This document shows positions 29,909 through 39,879 of a stretch of DNA of 64,000 bases, one piece after another (the first letter of the stretch is position 1; each line of letters begins with the position of its first letter). This stretch comes from an uncultured Gemmatimonadales bacterium (GTDB lineage: Bacteria; Gemmatimonadota; Gemmatimonadetes; Gemmatimonadales; Gemmatimonadaceae), in NCBI GenBank assembly GCA_963707505.1, contig CAVPQB010000006.1:480001-544000 (forward strand), read 5' to 3'. The notes under the pieces are model-generated. The model saw nothing but the letters and a program-made list of their open reading frames with translations. It made no database searches and had not been told where the DNA came from. Both the position numbers and the translations under genes were made by a program.

Positions 29909-32900
29909 ATGTCGATCTCTCGCTTGATCACCATCGTCGCCATTGGTCTGGCGGCGCTCACTTCTATTGCCGGCTCCGTCGCTAGCGCTCAGTCCACCGA
30001 TGCCCTCTACGCCGAGATGCACTGGCGGGAGATCGGGCCGACGCGCGCGGGGCGCGCCCGGGCGCTCTCGGGGGTGGCCAATCAGCCGAATGTCTTCTAT
30101 GTCGGATACGACAATGGCGGCGTCTGGCGGTCCACTGACTACGGCTCGAACTGGGTCCCTCTGTTCGATAACGAACCAACGGGATCGATCGGCGCGATAG
30201 CTGTCGCGCCTTCGGATCCGAACATCATATACGTGGGAACAGGCGCGGGAATCATCCGGCCTGATCTCTCGGTCGGCGACGGTGTGTACAAATCGACCGA
30301 TGCGGGAAAGACATGGACGCATCTAGGTCTCCGTGATACGCAGATGATCGCGAACATCGAAGTCGATCCTACCAATCCGAATCGGCTCTTCGTCGCCGCG
30401 CTTGGCCATCCGTACGGACCGAATGCAGAGCGCGGAATTTTTCGCTCGACGGACGGCGGCAGGACTTTCGAAAAGGTGCTGTACAAGGACGAGTACGTGA
30501 GCGGCAACGACGTTCGCATCGATCCAAAGAATCCGAACATCGTTTACGCCGCACTCTGGCAACAGCAGCAGAGCTATATAGAAGGCGCTGAGTTCGGCGG
30601 CACCGAAGGCGGCATCTTCAAGTCGACAGACGGCGGCACTACATGGAAGCAGTTGACGAACGGACTTCCAGCAGGGGTGATCGAGGCGAACCTCAGCATG
30701 TCGATGAGTGCGCCGAGTACCATCTATGCGATGGTGGCAGGCACGTCCGGGTCGGCGACGCCGGCTCGCGGCGGAACTACGGGATCGATCGGTTTCTATA
30801 AGTCGACCGATGCCGGTGAGCACTGGACACTCGCAGCGCGAGATGCCAACAATCCAGCGGCATCCCCAAGTGCAGTGCTGGATCCGCGTCCGCTCGCGCG
30901 TATCGGCGGCGGTGACCTCCCGACAATCGCTGTAGATCCAAAAAATCCGAACGTCGTCTACAGTGCATCGACGGTGTTCTGGCGCACTGAAGATGGTGGT
31001 GTCACATGGAGCGCGGTGCGCGGTGCACCGGGCGGTGATGATTATCAGAAGGCATGGGTAAACCCGAACGATACGAACATTCTGCTCGTAGTCGCGGATC
31101 AGGGCGCTATCGTTTCAGGCAATCGCGGCGTGTCGTGGAGCAACTGGTACAATCAGCCGACGGCCGCGATGTATCACGTGTCCACTGACGACGCATTCCC
31201 ATATCGCGTTTGCGGCGGACAACAGGATTCCGGCTCCGCCTGCGTGGACAGCAGATCGATGGACGGTGAGATCACGTTCCACGACTGGCATCCGGTGAAC
31301 ATTCAGGAGTACGGTGTCGCGGCGAGCGATCCGAAGGATCCGGAGCTGGTATTCGGAAGCCAGCGCACGAACATCTCGCTGTATAACCGCACGACTGGTC
31401 AAACTACACTTGTCGGTCCGGATGCAGAGGCCCGTGGAACCGAATTCGGTCGCAACGTTCGCACGATGCCGATCATGTGGTCGCCCGTAAATCACAACAC
31501 CCTCTTCTACGCGTCGAACGTCGTGTGGAAGTCGACCGATCAGGCGCACAGCTGGACGCGGATCAGCCCAGATCTGGCGCGCCAGACGTGGGCGGTGCCG
31601 GCCACTGTCGGCAAGTACTCGAGCAGCGTGAAGCCGGCGCCGCAGGGAAGCATCACTGCACTATCCGCGTCGCCGCGCGATCTGAACGTCATATGGGCGG
31701 GCACCGACGATGGCAACATTCAGGTGACGACGAACGGCGGCGCCAAGTGGACCAACGTCACGCCAGCCGCAATCAAGCCGTGGACGCGCATCTTCAACAT
31801 CGACGCGGGCCACTTCGATACGCAGACAGCGTATGCAGCGGCGAACACGATGCGCATCGACGATCTCAACCCCCACCTCTGGCGCACGCATGACGGTGGC
31901 AAGACGTGGACCGAGATCGACAACGGAATCGCCCCCGGCGCCGCTACGAATTCCATTCGTGAAGATCCGCACAAGAAGGGGTTGCTGTATGCATCGACGG
32001 AAACCCAGGTATGGGTTTCGTTCGACGACGGTGATCACTGGCAGTCACTCAGGCTGGACATGCCGGCTGTGTCGGTGCGCGACATACAGATCAAGGATGA
32101 CAGCATCTGCATGTGCTCCGACCTGATCGCTGGCACGCACGGACGCGGCTTCTACATTCTCGATGACGTGACGCCGTTGCGTCAGGCGGCGGAGGCACGC
32201 AGTGCCAGCGGTGCGTATCTGTTCAAGCCGCAGACGGCATTGCGCATTCGTCTCGCGACGAACGACCCGACGCCGTGGCCACCGGAGCTTCCGGCTGGGG
32301 AGAATCCGCCGAATGGTGCGATCATCGACTACTATCTGTCGGCGAACGTGTCGGGACCGGTGACGATCGACATACTCGATGCAGGCGGTAAGGTGGTTCG
32401 CACGTACTCGAGCGAGCTCAAGCGCGATCCCGATCCGGGAGTGGATCGCGCTGCTTACGACAAGGTCTGCAAGGCGAATCCGGAGTCGCCGGATTGCGAT
32501 GTGCCGTTGTACTGGCCATCGCGCATCAAGTCGATGCCGACGAGTGCCGGCATGCATCGGATCAGCTGGAACATGAGATATCAACCGCTCGCCGCAGAGC
32601 GCGGCTCGGTCGATGCGACCGGTGCGGTGCCGAATCGCAGCTCGCCGTCGCCGAGCTCGCCCTGGGCGCCGCCAGGTCAGTACACTGTTCGCCTTACGGT
32701 TGCGGGCAAGAGCTACACGCAGCCGCTTACGGTGCGTCTCGATCCGCGCGTCAAGATTTCACCGTCTGCGCTCGCGGAGAACACGAAGCTATCGCTCGAG
32801 ATGTACGAGCTTGCGCGCACGACGCGCATGGCGTACGGGCAGGCGCATGATCTGGGAGAGAAGGTCGATCAGCTGGTGAAGGAGCAGCACGTCGATGGTG

Positions 32901-33277
32901 GCGCGTTCAAGACGGCGATCGATTCGGTCGCGCCGGACGAGCCGCGCGGCGGTCGCCGATTCTTTGGGCGCGGTGGTGGTCGTCCGGCCGTCACACTCAA
33001 CGCGGCGAGCAGTGCGGCGCTGGCGGCATCGTTGTCGATGCAGGCGGCGGAGACGGCACCCACCGCGGCACAGATCGCAGCGTGTGCGCGGGCCAGAGCA
33101 CAGGCGCAGGCGGCGATGGCGCGCTGGAACACGGTCAAGACGACGGAACTGTCGTCGTTCAACGCAATGCTGAAGACGAAGGGTCAACCGGCGCTGACGT
33201 TGCCCGCACTCAGGTTGCCGGCAGCGTTGCCGAGTGATGAGAATGGAAACGTGAATGAGAAGGAGAACGAAGGGTAG
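29909..33277 (+). CDS. Secreted VPS10/BNR-repeat beta-propeller (glycosyl-hydrolase-like)
   Basis: Many SxDGGxTW Asp boxes, WREIGPTRAGR, GGQQDSG, AGTHGRGFYILDD. Confidence 0.88.
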   Translation: MSISRLITIVAIGLAALTSIAGSVASAQSTDALYAEMHWREIGPTRAGRARALSGVANQPNVFYVGYDNGGVWRSTDYGSNWVPLFDNEPTGSIGAIAVAPSDPNIIYVGTGAGIIRPDLSVGDGVYKSTDAGKTWTHLGLRDTQMIANIEVDPTNPNRLFVAALGHPYGPNAERGIFRSTDGGRTFEKVLYKDEYVSGNDVRIDPKNPNIVYAALWQQQQSYIEGAEFGGTEGGIFKSTDGGTTWKQLTNGLPAGVIEANLSMSMSAPSTIYAMVAGTSGSATPARGGTTGSIGFYKSTDAGEHWTLAARDANNPAASPSAVLDPRPLARIGGGDLPTIAVDPKNPNVVYSASTVFWRTEDGGVTWSAVRGAPGGDDYQKAWVNPNDTNILLVVADQGAIVSGNRGVSWSNWYNQPTAAMYHVSTDDAFPYRVCGGQQDSGSACVDSRSMDGEITFHDWHPVNIQEYGVAASDPKDPELVFGSQRTNISLYNRTTGQTTLVGPDAEARGTEFGRNVRTMPIMWSPVNHNTLFYASNVVWKSTDQAHSWTRISPDLARQTWAVPATVGKYSSSVKPAPQGSITALSASPRDLNVIWAGTDDGNIQVTTNGGAKWTNVTPAAIKPWTRIFNIDAGHFDTQTAYAAANTMRIDDLNPHLWRTHDGGKTWTEIDNGIAPGAATNSIREDPHKKGLLYASTETQVWVSFDDGDHWQSLRLDMPAVSVRDIQIKDDSICMCSDLIAGTHGRGFYILDDVTPLRQAAEARSASGAYLFKPQTALRIRLATNDPTPWPPELPAGENPPNGAIIDYYLSANVSGPVTIDILDAGGKVVRTYSSELKRDPDPGVDRAAYDKVCKANPESPDCDVPLYWPSRIKSMPTSAGMHRISWNMRYQPLAAERGSVDATGAVPNRSSPSPSSPWAPPGQYTVRLTVAGKSYTQPLTVRLDPRVKISPSALAENTKLSLEMYELARTTRMAYGQAHDLGEKVDQLVKEQHVDGGAFKTAIDSVAPDEPRGGRRFFGRGGGRPAVTLNAASSAALAASLSMQAAETAPTAAQIAACARARAQAQAAMARWNTVKTTELSSFNAMLKTKGQPALTLPALRLPAALPSDENGNVNEKENEG

Positions 33278-33316
33278 GGATCAGTTATACCGACTGTGGT
33301 AAACGGAGGAATTCGC

Positions 33317-33691
33317 ATGGCTATTCGAGCACGGATACGTGAGCATCCGCACGTTACCGCAGCGGCTACGTTCGTTCTGGCATTCCTCATTTTTGGATGG
33401 CTGATGCCGTGGTTATGGCATCAGCCTCGCGATTGGGCCGAGACAATCTCGATGGCGGTTGTGCTTGGACTAGTCTCGTACTTCAACCGCGTTCCAGCGG
33501 GGCGAGTGAAGGCGCTTATCCTGACCGCGGTTTCACTTGGCGCACTCGTACTGTACGCCTGGTCAGTGCACACTCACGGAATTCCTCAGGACACGACAGA
33601 ACGGTTCTCTTTTGCGGGCGTGGTTGCGATTCCAGTATTTGGCGTGGCGTTGGCATTCCGGATGTTGCGAAAGCCGCGAATGCTTGCATGA
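33317..33691 (+). CDS. Hypothetical membrane protein
   Basis: RBS GGAGG; four hydrophobic segments. Confidence 0.6.
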   Translation: MAIRARIREHPHVTAAATFVLAFLIFGWLMPWLWHQPRDWAETISMAVVLGLVSYFNRVPAGRVKALILTAVSLGALVLYAWSVHTHGIPQDTTERFSFAGVVAIPVFGVALAFRMLRKPRMLA

Positions 33692-33893
33692 ACGAACGGT
33701 GACCGCAACCGAGCACTCGTGAGTCTGATGGCATAATGGTAGAAATGCATTGACGTCGCTCGTACTCTTTCGGTGGCTGTTGCTCGCACTCTCCGGCTTC
33801 GCAGTACTGACCGGTGTCGCGATGCACGGCCTTGTGCGCCGCGTGCTGCTACAACACGTCGTGAATGCCTCGCAGCATCACCAACTCCTTACA

Positions 33894-35144
33894 ATGAAAC
33901 TTGCGCGACTGCTAGCTGTCCTCACTGCTGTGATGGCGCCGAATATTGCTGCGAGCCAATCCTCGTATCTGTTCGTGTGGGCCGGCGGAACCGGCGCAAG
34001 TGACTTCATGGCGACGATCGACGCCAACCCTGCGTCGCGGAGTTACGGACACGTGGTCGCAAGCGTTCCGACCGGCACTGTCGGCATGCCGCATCACACC
34101 GAGCAGGAGCTCGGACCAAGCGGGCACCTGCTTGCGAACGATTTCGCGGCCGGACGCACCTGGCTGTTCGATCTGCACGATCCGCTCAAGCCGCGGATAA
34201 TCACGTCGTTCGGTGATGTAGCAGGATTCAGTCATCCCCACACATTCAGCCGGCTCGCGAACGGGCACGTGTTGACCACGTTTCAGTATCGCGCGGACGC
34301 GAATACTGCAAAGCAGATGCGAACGCACTCCGCGAGCATGGCGGGCATGACGAATTCGCAACCGAACGTGACCGGTGGACTCGTCGAGATGGATGAGCGA
34401 GGCCGGCCGCTCCTGTCGGCAAGTGCTGTCGATCCGTCGATCAAGGATCGCTTCATCTATCCGTACAGCGTCCTTCCGATTCCCAGCATCGATCGCGCCG
34501 TGTCGACGACGACCGACATGAACCTCGGCGACACGGTGGCGACATCGCAATGGGTGCAGATCTGGCGTCTTTCGGATCTCAAACTGCTGCGCAGCATTGC
34601 ACTGCCGTCCGGATCAGGCACCCATGCCAAGGCAAACGAATTTTCGGGCGAGTCGAGGCTTCTGGCCGATGGCCGGAGTGTTTACATCCACACCTTCAAC
34701 TGCGGATTGTATCTGCTCCGCAACGTGACGGGTTCGGCGCCAACTGCAACGCTCGTGCACACGTTCGACGGCACCGAGTGCGGGGTTCCAGTACTTACAT
34801 CGCACTACTGGATTCAGACCGTGCCGGCGGATCACGGACTCGTCACACTCGATGTAACTGATCCGGAGCATCCGCGTGAGGTATCACGTGTCGGCGTCGG
34901 TGCTGACGAGCAGCCGCACTGGATAGCAATCGATCATACTGGGAGGAGACTCGTGTTGAATTCAGGCGGCAAGGGGAACCGGCTGTTCATCATCAACTTC
35001 GATCCCGCGAATGGACACATGTCGGTCGATAGCGCGTTTCGCGATTCGGGAAGCACAGTGCCTGGAATCAGCCTTGCCGGCGCGAACTGGCCGCGTGGCT
35101 TCAAGGGGAACATCGTGCCACACGGGGCGGTGTTCTCGCGGTAG
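33894..35144 (+). CDS. Secreted SBP56/methanethiol-oxidase-like beta-propeller
   Basis: DFMATIDANPASRSYGHVV, MPHHTE, SHPHTF, QPHW, terminal PHGAVFSR. Confidence 0.6.
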   Translation: MKLARLLAVLTAVMAPNIAASQSSYLFVWAGGTGASDFMATIDANPASRSYGHVVASVPTGTVGMPHHTEQELGPSGHLLANDFAAGRTWLFDLHDPLKPRIITSFGDVAGFSHPHTFSRLANGHVLTTFQYRADANTAKQMRTHSASMAGMTNSQPNVTGGLVEMDERGRPLLSASAVDPSIKDRFIYPYSVLPIPSIDRAVSTTTDMNLGDTVATSQWVQIWRLSDLKLLRSIALPSGSGTHAKANEFSGESRLLADGRSVYIHTFNCGLYLLRNVTGSAPTATLVHTFDGTECGVPVLTSHYWIQTVPADHGLVTLDVTDPEHPREVSRVGVGADEQPHWIAIDHTGRRLVLNSGGKGNRLFIINFDPANGHMSVDSAFRDSGSTVPGISLAGANWPRGFKGNIVPHGAVFSR

Positions 35145-35247
35145 TTCACCGTCGATGCCGCAGAGGAATTGTGGCGATACTTGATATGCTGGACGCCGCA
35201 CGCAACGCTGCACGGCGAACCTCACGAGAACGCTTACCACTGGAAAC

Positions 35248-37119
35248 GTGCTAAATCCTTCGCGGAAGCGGTCGATCCTTCGTCCCACGGAACTTGTCGC
35301 GGGTCTCACAATCCTGCTGGTATTTAGCGCGTGTGGTGGTGATGCCAGATCACCCACGGATCCACCGACTCAACAGTCCGGAAACTCATCGATCGTCATT
35401 GTGAGAATCAATACGACGCCAGACACGATGTCGGCTGGTGATTCGGTAAAGATGAGCGCAACCGCCTCATCCGCCACCGGTGGCGCGATCTCGGGTGTGC
35501 AGATGACGTGGACAAGCAGCGATACGACTGTCGCCAGTATCGATACAGCCGGCATGATACGGACGGTTGGCACCGGGCCGTTCACCATTACCGTAACCGC
35601 GTCGGCAAAGGGATCGACAACGACCGCGCAATCCACCAAGTCGATGTTCGCTCGCCGGACCATCTTCAACATCGCGCTCTCTCGCGTCGCTGGCAGCGAC
35701 ACGATCACCATGGGTGATACGGTTCGCGTCGGCGCCGTCGTGCACGATGGGTTGGGTGCAGTGTTCCCCGGTGTCCAACTCACCTGGGCGGTAAGCGATA
35801 CCGCGGCCGCAAGCGTCGACGCATCCGGTCTCGTTACGGCGCGTGCCATGGGACCTGTCACGGTGACCGCAACAGTTGTCGGTCCCGTCGATGCGCTGCT
35901 GAAACCTGTGTCTGGCACAACGGCGATTGCTGTGCGACTCGCGTTCACGCACATCGAAGCTGGTACCGTGCACACGTGCGGGCTCGCGCGTGGAGGATCG
36001 GTCTACTGCTGGGGCGAAGGTGCCTGGGGACGACTCGGTGACGGCTCGCCGTATCCCGCATGGACCGCCGTTTCGCACCCGGTTCGCGTGCTCAGCAAGG
36101 ACACATTTACGGCGATCTCACTCGATGAGCAGCAGGACAGCCGAAGCGGTCACACATGCGGTGTTACCGCGGATCACGGACTGGACTGCTGGGGATCCGG
36201 ATCATGGGGCATGCTTGGTGACGGTACCGACGGCCAGGGAACGCCTCCGCATTCGACTGCGATACCGATTCGCGTTGGATCGGGGGTGTTTGTGGACGTG
36301 GCGCTGGAAGCAGAGGATAGCTGCGCACTGACTGCATCCGGTGTGGCGTATTGCGCCGGCGGCAATTATTTCAAGCAGCTTGGCGTCGACACGGTGCCGA
36401 ACGTGTGCATCCAGCCGCAGCTTCCCAACAATTACGGCGAGAGTTGCTCGAACACATTCGTTCAGGTAAGTGGTTCCCAGACGTTCAGTCGGATTTACGC
36501 GTCGGGCTATACCACGTGCGGGCTGACCAGTGCAGGATCCGCATGGTGCTGGGGAGGGAATATCGCTGGTGAAGCAGGTATAGGCACATACTCGACGGTA
36601 CCGACACCGACGCAGGTTCAGGGAGGACTGACGTTCACGACCCTGGCTGGCGGATCATCGCACATGTGCGGCCTCACTCCGGCTGGAGCCGCGTACTGTT
36701 GGGGCCATGGCGGTTTCGGCGCACTCGGGACCGGGCTTCAAACGAACATGCAGACGCCGGTACAGGTCGCGACATTGCTATCCTTCACACAGATCGCAGC
36801 AGGCGGTGATCATGCCTGCGCTCTCACGTCGTCTGGTGATACGTACTGCTGGGGAACCAACACTGACGGAGAACTGGGCAGCGTGACGACCGAGAGCTGC
36901 AACGGCAATTCCACTTACAGTCTCCCGTGCTCGACGCGGCCAGTGCAGGTACGGGGCGTGCCGAAGTTCGTCGGTATCGCTGCTGGTGCGAATCACACTT
37001 GCGGTCTCGTAGCTGACGGCTCCGTGTACTGTTGGGGTGCAGGCGATCGCGGCCAGCTTGGCAACGGCTCGACTGTCGCATCGTCGATTGCGGCGGTGAA
37101 GGTAAAGGATACGAAATAG
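35248..37119 (+). CDS. Lipoprotein with Ig-like (Big_2) domains and RCC1 repeats
   Basis: Lipobox FSAC, WTSSDTTVASID, repeated HTCG..G..YCWG...GQLG. Confidence 0.9.
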   Translation: MLNPSRKRSILRPTELVAGLTILLVFSACGGDARSPTDPPTQQSGNSSIVIVRINTTPDTMSAGDSVKMSATASSATGGAISGVQMTWTSSDTTVASIDTAGMIRTVGTGPFTITVTASAKGSTTTAQSTKSMFARRTIFNIALSRVAGSDTITMGDTVRVGAVVHDGLGAVFPGVQLTWAVSDTAAASVDASGLVTARAMGPVTVTATVVGPVDALLKPVSGTTAIAVRLAFTHIEAGTVHTCGLARGGSVYCWGEGAWGRLGDGSPYPAWTAVSHPVRVLSKDTFTAISLDEQQDSRSGHTCGVTADHGLDCWGSGSWGMLGDGTDGQGTPPHSTAIPIRVGSGVFVDVALEAEDSCALTASGVAYCAGGNYFKQLGVDTVPNVCIQPQLPNNYGESCSNTFVQVSGSQTFSRIYASGYTTCGLTSAGSAWCWGGNIAGEAGIGTYSTVPTPTQVQGGLTFTTLAGGSSHMCGLTPAGAAYCWGHGGFGALGTGLQTNMQTPVQVATLLSFTQIAAGGDHACALTSSGDTYCWGTNTDGELGSVTTESCNGNSTYSLPCSTRPVQVRGVPKFVGIAAGANHTCGLVADGSVYCWGAGDRGQLGNGSTVASSIAAVKVKDTK

Positions 37120-37136
37120 CGATTCAAGCAACTACT

Positions 37137-38066
37137 TCACGGTGCTTTCACGCCGTTCCTCAACTCCTCCACTACAACGGGCAAGCCGTCTCTCACGCTC
37201 GCGTATTGCGGTTTCCAACCTGTCTTGGTACGTATCTTCCGGTTCGACACGCGCTGCGACCGGCTCAGACATTCAACAGTCGATCCCATACGACTGGTCA
37301 ACCATGTGGGAAAGAACCGCGGCGGTCTGACTCCAAGATACGATGCTAGTGAGTCACAGAAATCCTGGCGCGAGAGTGGCTCATCATCTACCACGTTGTA
37401 GACGCCCGCTGAAACTCCAAGCGACCCAACGATGGCCGACGCAGCGTCGCTCTGCGCGACGGATGGGAAGTACGCCGCCGGACTTCCCGGAAGTGGCGAC
37501 CATCCCTTTCTCACTGTCTCGATCATCTCACGCGTGAGCGCATCGGGGCCATACAGGCTCGCAAACCGCAACACAATTCCCGTTCCGCCGCCCGACGTGA
37601 AACGCTCCGCCGAGCGCTCGGCGTCGACGATCGTCCGATTGTAGGACGCCGGCGCGAGCGGAGTTGTCTCTTCAATCCAGCGGTCGCCGCAATCGGGGTA
37701 GACAGGTGCGAACGATTCCTGAATGAAGCGCGTAGCGCCGACTCGGAGCGCGATATCGACCAGGAGCTTCGATCCGTCGCGTCGAATGCGGTCGTTCTCC
37801 TTCCATGACCAGGGAAACATCATCCTGACCGCAGACGACGGCATGTGTGTCGCGAGATTCACGATCGTATCATGACCGTCGATTACACGTTCAACTGCTT
37901 GAGCGTCGAAGAGATCGACGGTGATGACAGATGCACCAATTCGCTCGAGTGCAGCGAGTTTTTCCCGGGAGCGACCGGCGGCGGTGACGTTGTGTCCAGC
38001 GGCAATCATTAACGGCACCGCGCGTCGTCCGACGACTCCGGTAGCTCCAGTAACAAAAATCTTCAT
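37137..38066 (-). CDS. NAD-dependent epimerase/dehydratase
   Basis: MKIFVTGATGVVG, LRFASLYG, YNVVDDEP. Confidence 0.9.
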   Translation of the reverse strand: MKIFVTGATGVVGRRAVPLMIAAGHNVTAAGRSREKLAALERIGASVITVDLFDAQAVERVIDGHDTIVNLATHMPSSAVRMMFPWSWKENDRIRRDGSKLLVDIALRVGATRFIQESFAPVYPDCGDRWIEETTPLAPASYNRTIVDAERSAERFTSGGGTGIVLRFASLYGPDALTREMIETVRKGWSPLPGSPAAYFPSVAQSDAASAIVGSLGVSAGVYNVVDDEPLSRQDFCDSLASYLGVRPPRFFPTWLTSRMGSTVECLSRSQRVSNRKIRTKTGWKPQYASVRDGLPVVVEELRNGVKAP

Positions 38067-38224
38067 ATTCCGATTCGTCAGCGATAGGCGATCACACAAT
38101 CGGAATATCTACCAATCCATGATTGGGTGGTAGTGTCGACGGACGTACAACCTTCCGAGCCATTCCGCTGTCCAAGGAACAAGACACCGATTCATCATCG
38201 GTATGTCGTAACCTGGAAACAATC

Positions 38225-39100
38225 ATGGCCCGATTGAATATGAGACGTCTGCTTGCATCTTCCATAGTTGTCGCAGTTATCTGCGCGACTGGCCTTGGCG
38301 CTCAGGTCGCCGACCCCGTCGCTGTAATCAGTCTCGACCCGTATCAGGACAATCCCGACTTCCTGACGGTGCGCGCGAGTGTGAATGGTCATGACCGTAC
38401 CTTCGCATTCGACAGTGGCGAAGGCGTGTCGATGATCAGCCCCGAACTTGCGCAGGCCATCGGATGCAAACCATGGGGACAGGTCACCGGCTTCCGCATG
38501 AACGGCGAACGGATCGATGCTCCGCACTGTGACGACATCACATTCGATGCTGCCGGTCAGCACTTTGCAGCGCCGAGTGTGATCGTGTTCGACTTGATGA
38601 AATTCTTCAAGCCAGGGCAGCCGCGTCTGGATGGTTCGCTCGGCTTCGATCTATTCGCAGGGCGTGCAATTACTTTCGAATTCTCGGCGAGGTCGATTGT
38701 CGTGGAGAGTCCGGCAAGTCTTGCGGCACGTGTCGCGAATGGAACGGAAGTGCCGATTCGCATCGTGCGTGACGCCGAGGGTCTCGCGCTCACGGTTGAT
38801 ATCGGCGTGCCGACTCCGGAGGGGATGGCATGGATGGAGCTTGACTCGGGCGGCGGTAATTCGATCATAATCGGAAAGCACATCGCGTCGTTGTTCAAGA
38901 CTGGATCCGGAATCGAAAGCCATGCAGCAGGTGAGCTTCACACTTGCCGGAAAGATTCCCGGTGACGGCACCAGCTCGCGTTATGGATCACATGATCATG
39001 GACGGAAATGTCAACGTGCCATTTCTCAGAAATGGGACGTGACGCTCGATCTTGCGACTAAGGACGCGCGTGGGTCGCGCCCGCCGATCGCGCGACTCGC
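38225..39100 (+). CDS. Secreted tandem retropepsin-like aspartyl protease, frameshifted at the 3' end
   Basis: FAFDSGEG and MELDSGGG motifs, DGSLGFD. End approximate. Confidence 0.7.
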
Positions 39101-39134
39101 TAGTCCCGGTCGGCCGCCAACAGCTCTGCTCGCA

Positions 39135-39756
39135 TTATCGTCCCTGTGTGACGTCGCTGGACGCTCGTGGCGAAGCTGACTTCCCGGTCAGCAGATTGCG
39201 GATTGCGCGCCAGACCGTACGAACGAGCAACAAGACGAGTACGAGCAATACCAGCGCGGCCGACAAGGGCGATTATCGGATGTTGCCACAGCGTGTAACT
39301 CATCGTTGCGACGACCCCGAGCTCAGCTACGTTGACGATACCATTGCTGACTGGCTCCGGCGATGTGTCGACAGCGGCGCGCAGGCCGAGCTTCGCAAGA
39401 TTGGTTGTCAGCCCGAGGCCGCCGCCGAGTAATCCGGCGAGGACGATGATTGCCGGGTCGGCGTGCCAGGCAGTGGCAATGGCCAGTGCCGCTGCGGCCG
39501 GTGTGCGGATCAGTGTGTGAGTCGCTTCCCATGCGGACGCGACTCCGGGGATCAATGTCGCGAGAAACTCGACGATCGCCAGAAGCAGCGCTACTCCGAT
39601 GATTATCGGATTGGCGAGTGTGGACAGCAGGCCCGGGAGGGGCCCGATCCAGCCGAAGCGTTCCCCGATCCCCACGAGGACCACCGTAGCGTAAAGGCTG
39701 ATTCCGGATGCATACGCGATCCCGAGCGACTCGGCCAGCGTAATTAGAGAATCCAT
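39135..39756 (-). CDS. DUF4126 membrane protein (frameshift near 39265)
   Basis: YASGISLYAT, EFLATLIPGV..W...HTLIR, DTSPEPVSN. Confidence 0.8.
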
Positions 39757-39879
39757 GCGCGAGTTTGGCAGTTAGGATTCGACGTTTCGACGAGCGCGCT
39801 TATCTGCCGGAATGTATCATACCTTTCGCGAGCACGCCTGGCGGCCGGGCCTATACTGCGGCTAAACCGACCTGAGCCA

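Noticed and set aside
35940..37080. Periodic repeats as a CRISPR array or DNA repeat
   Set aside because: These are degenerate protein-level RCC1 repeats within one ORF, with no identical repeats and spacers.
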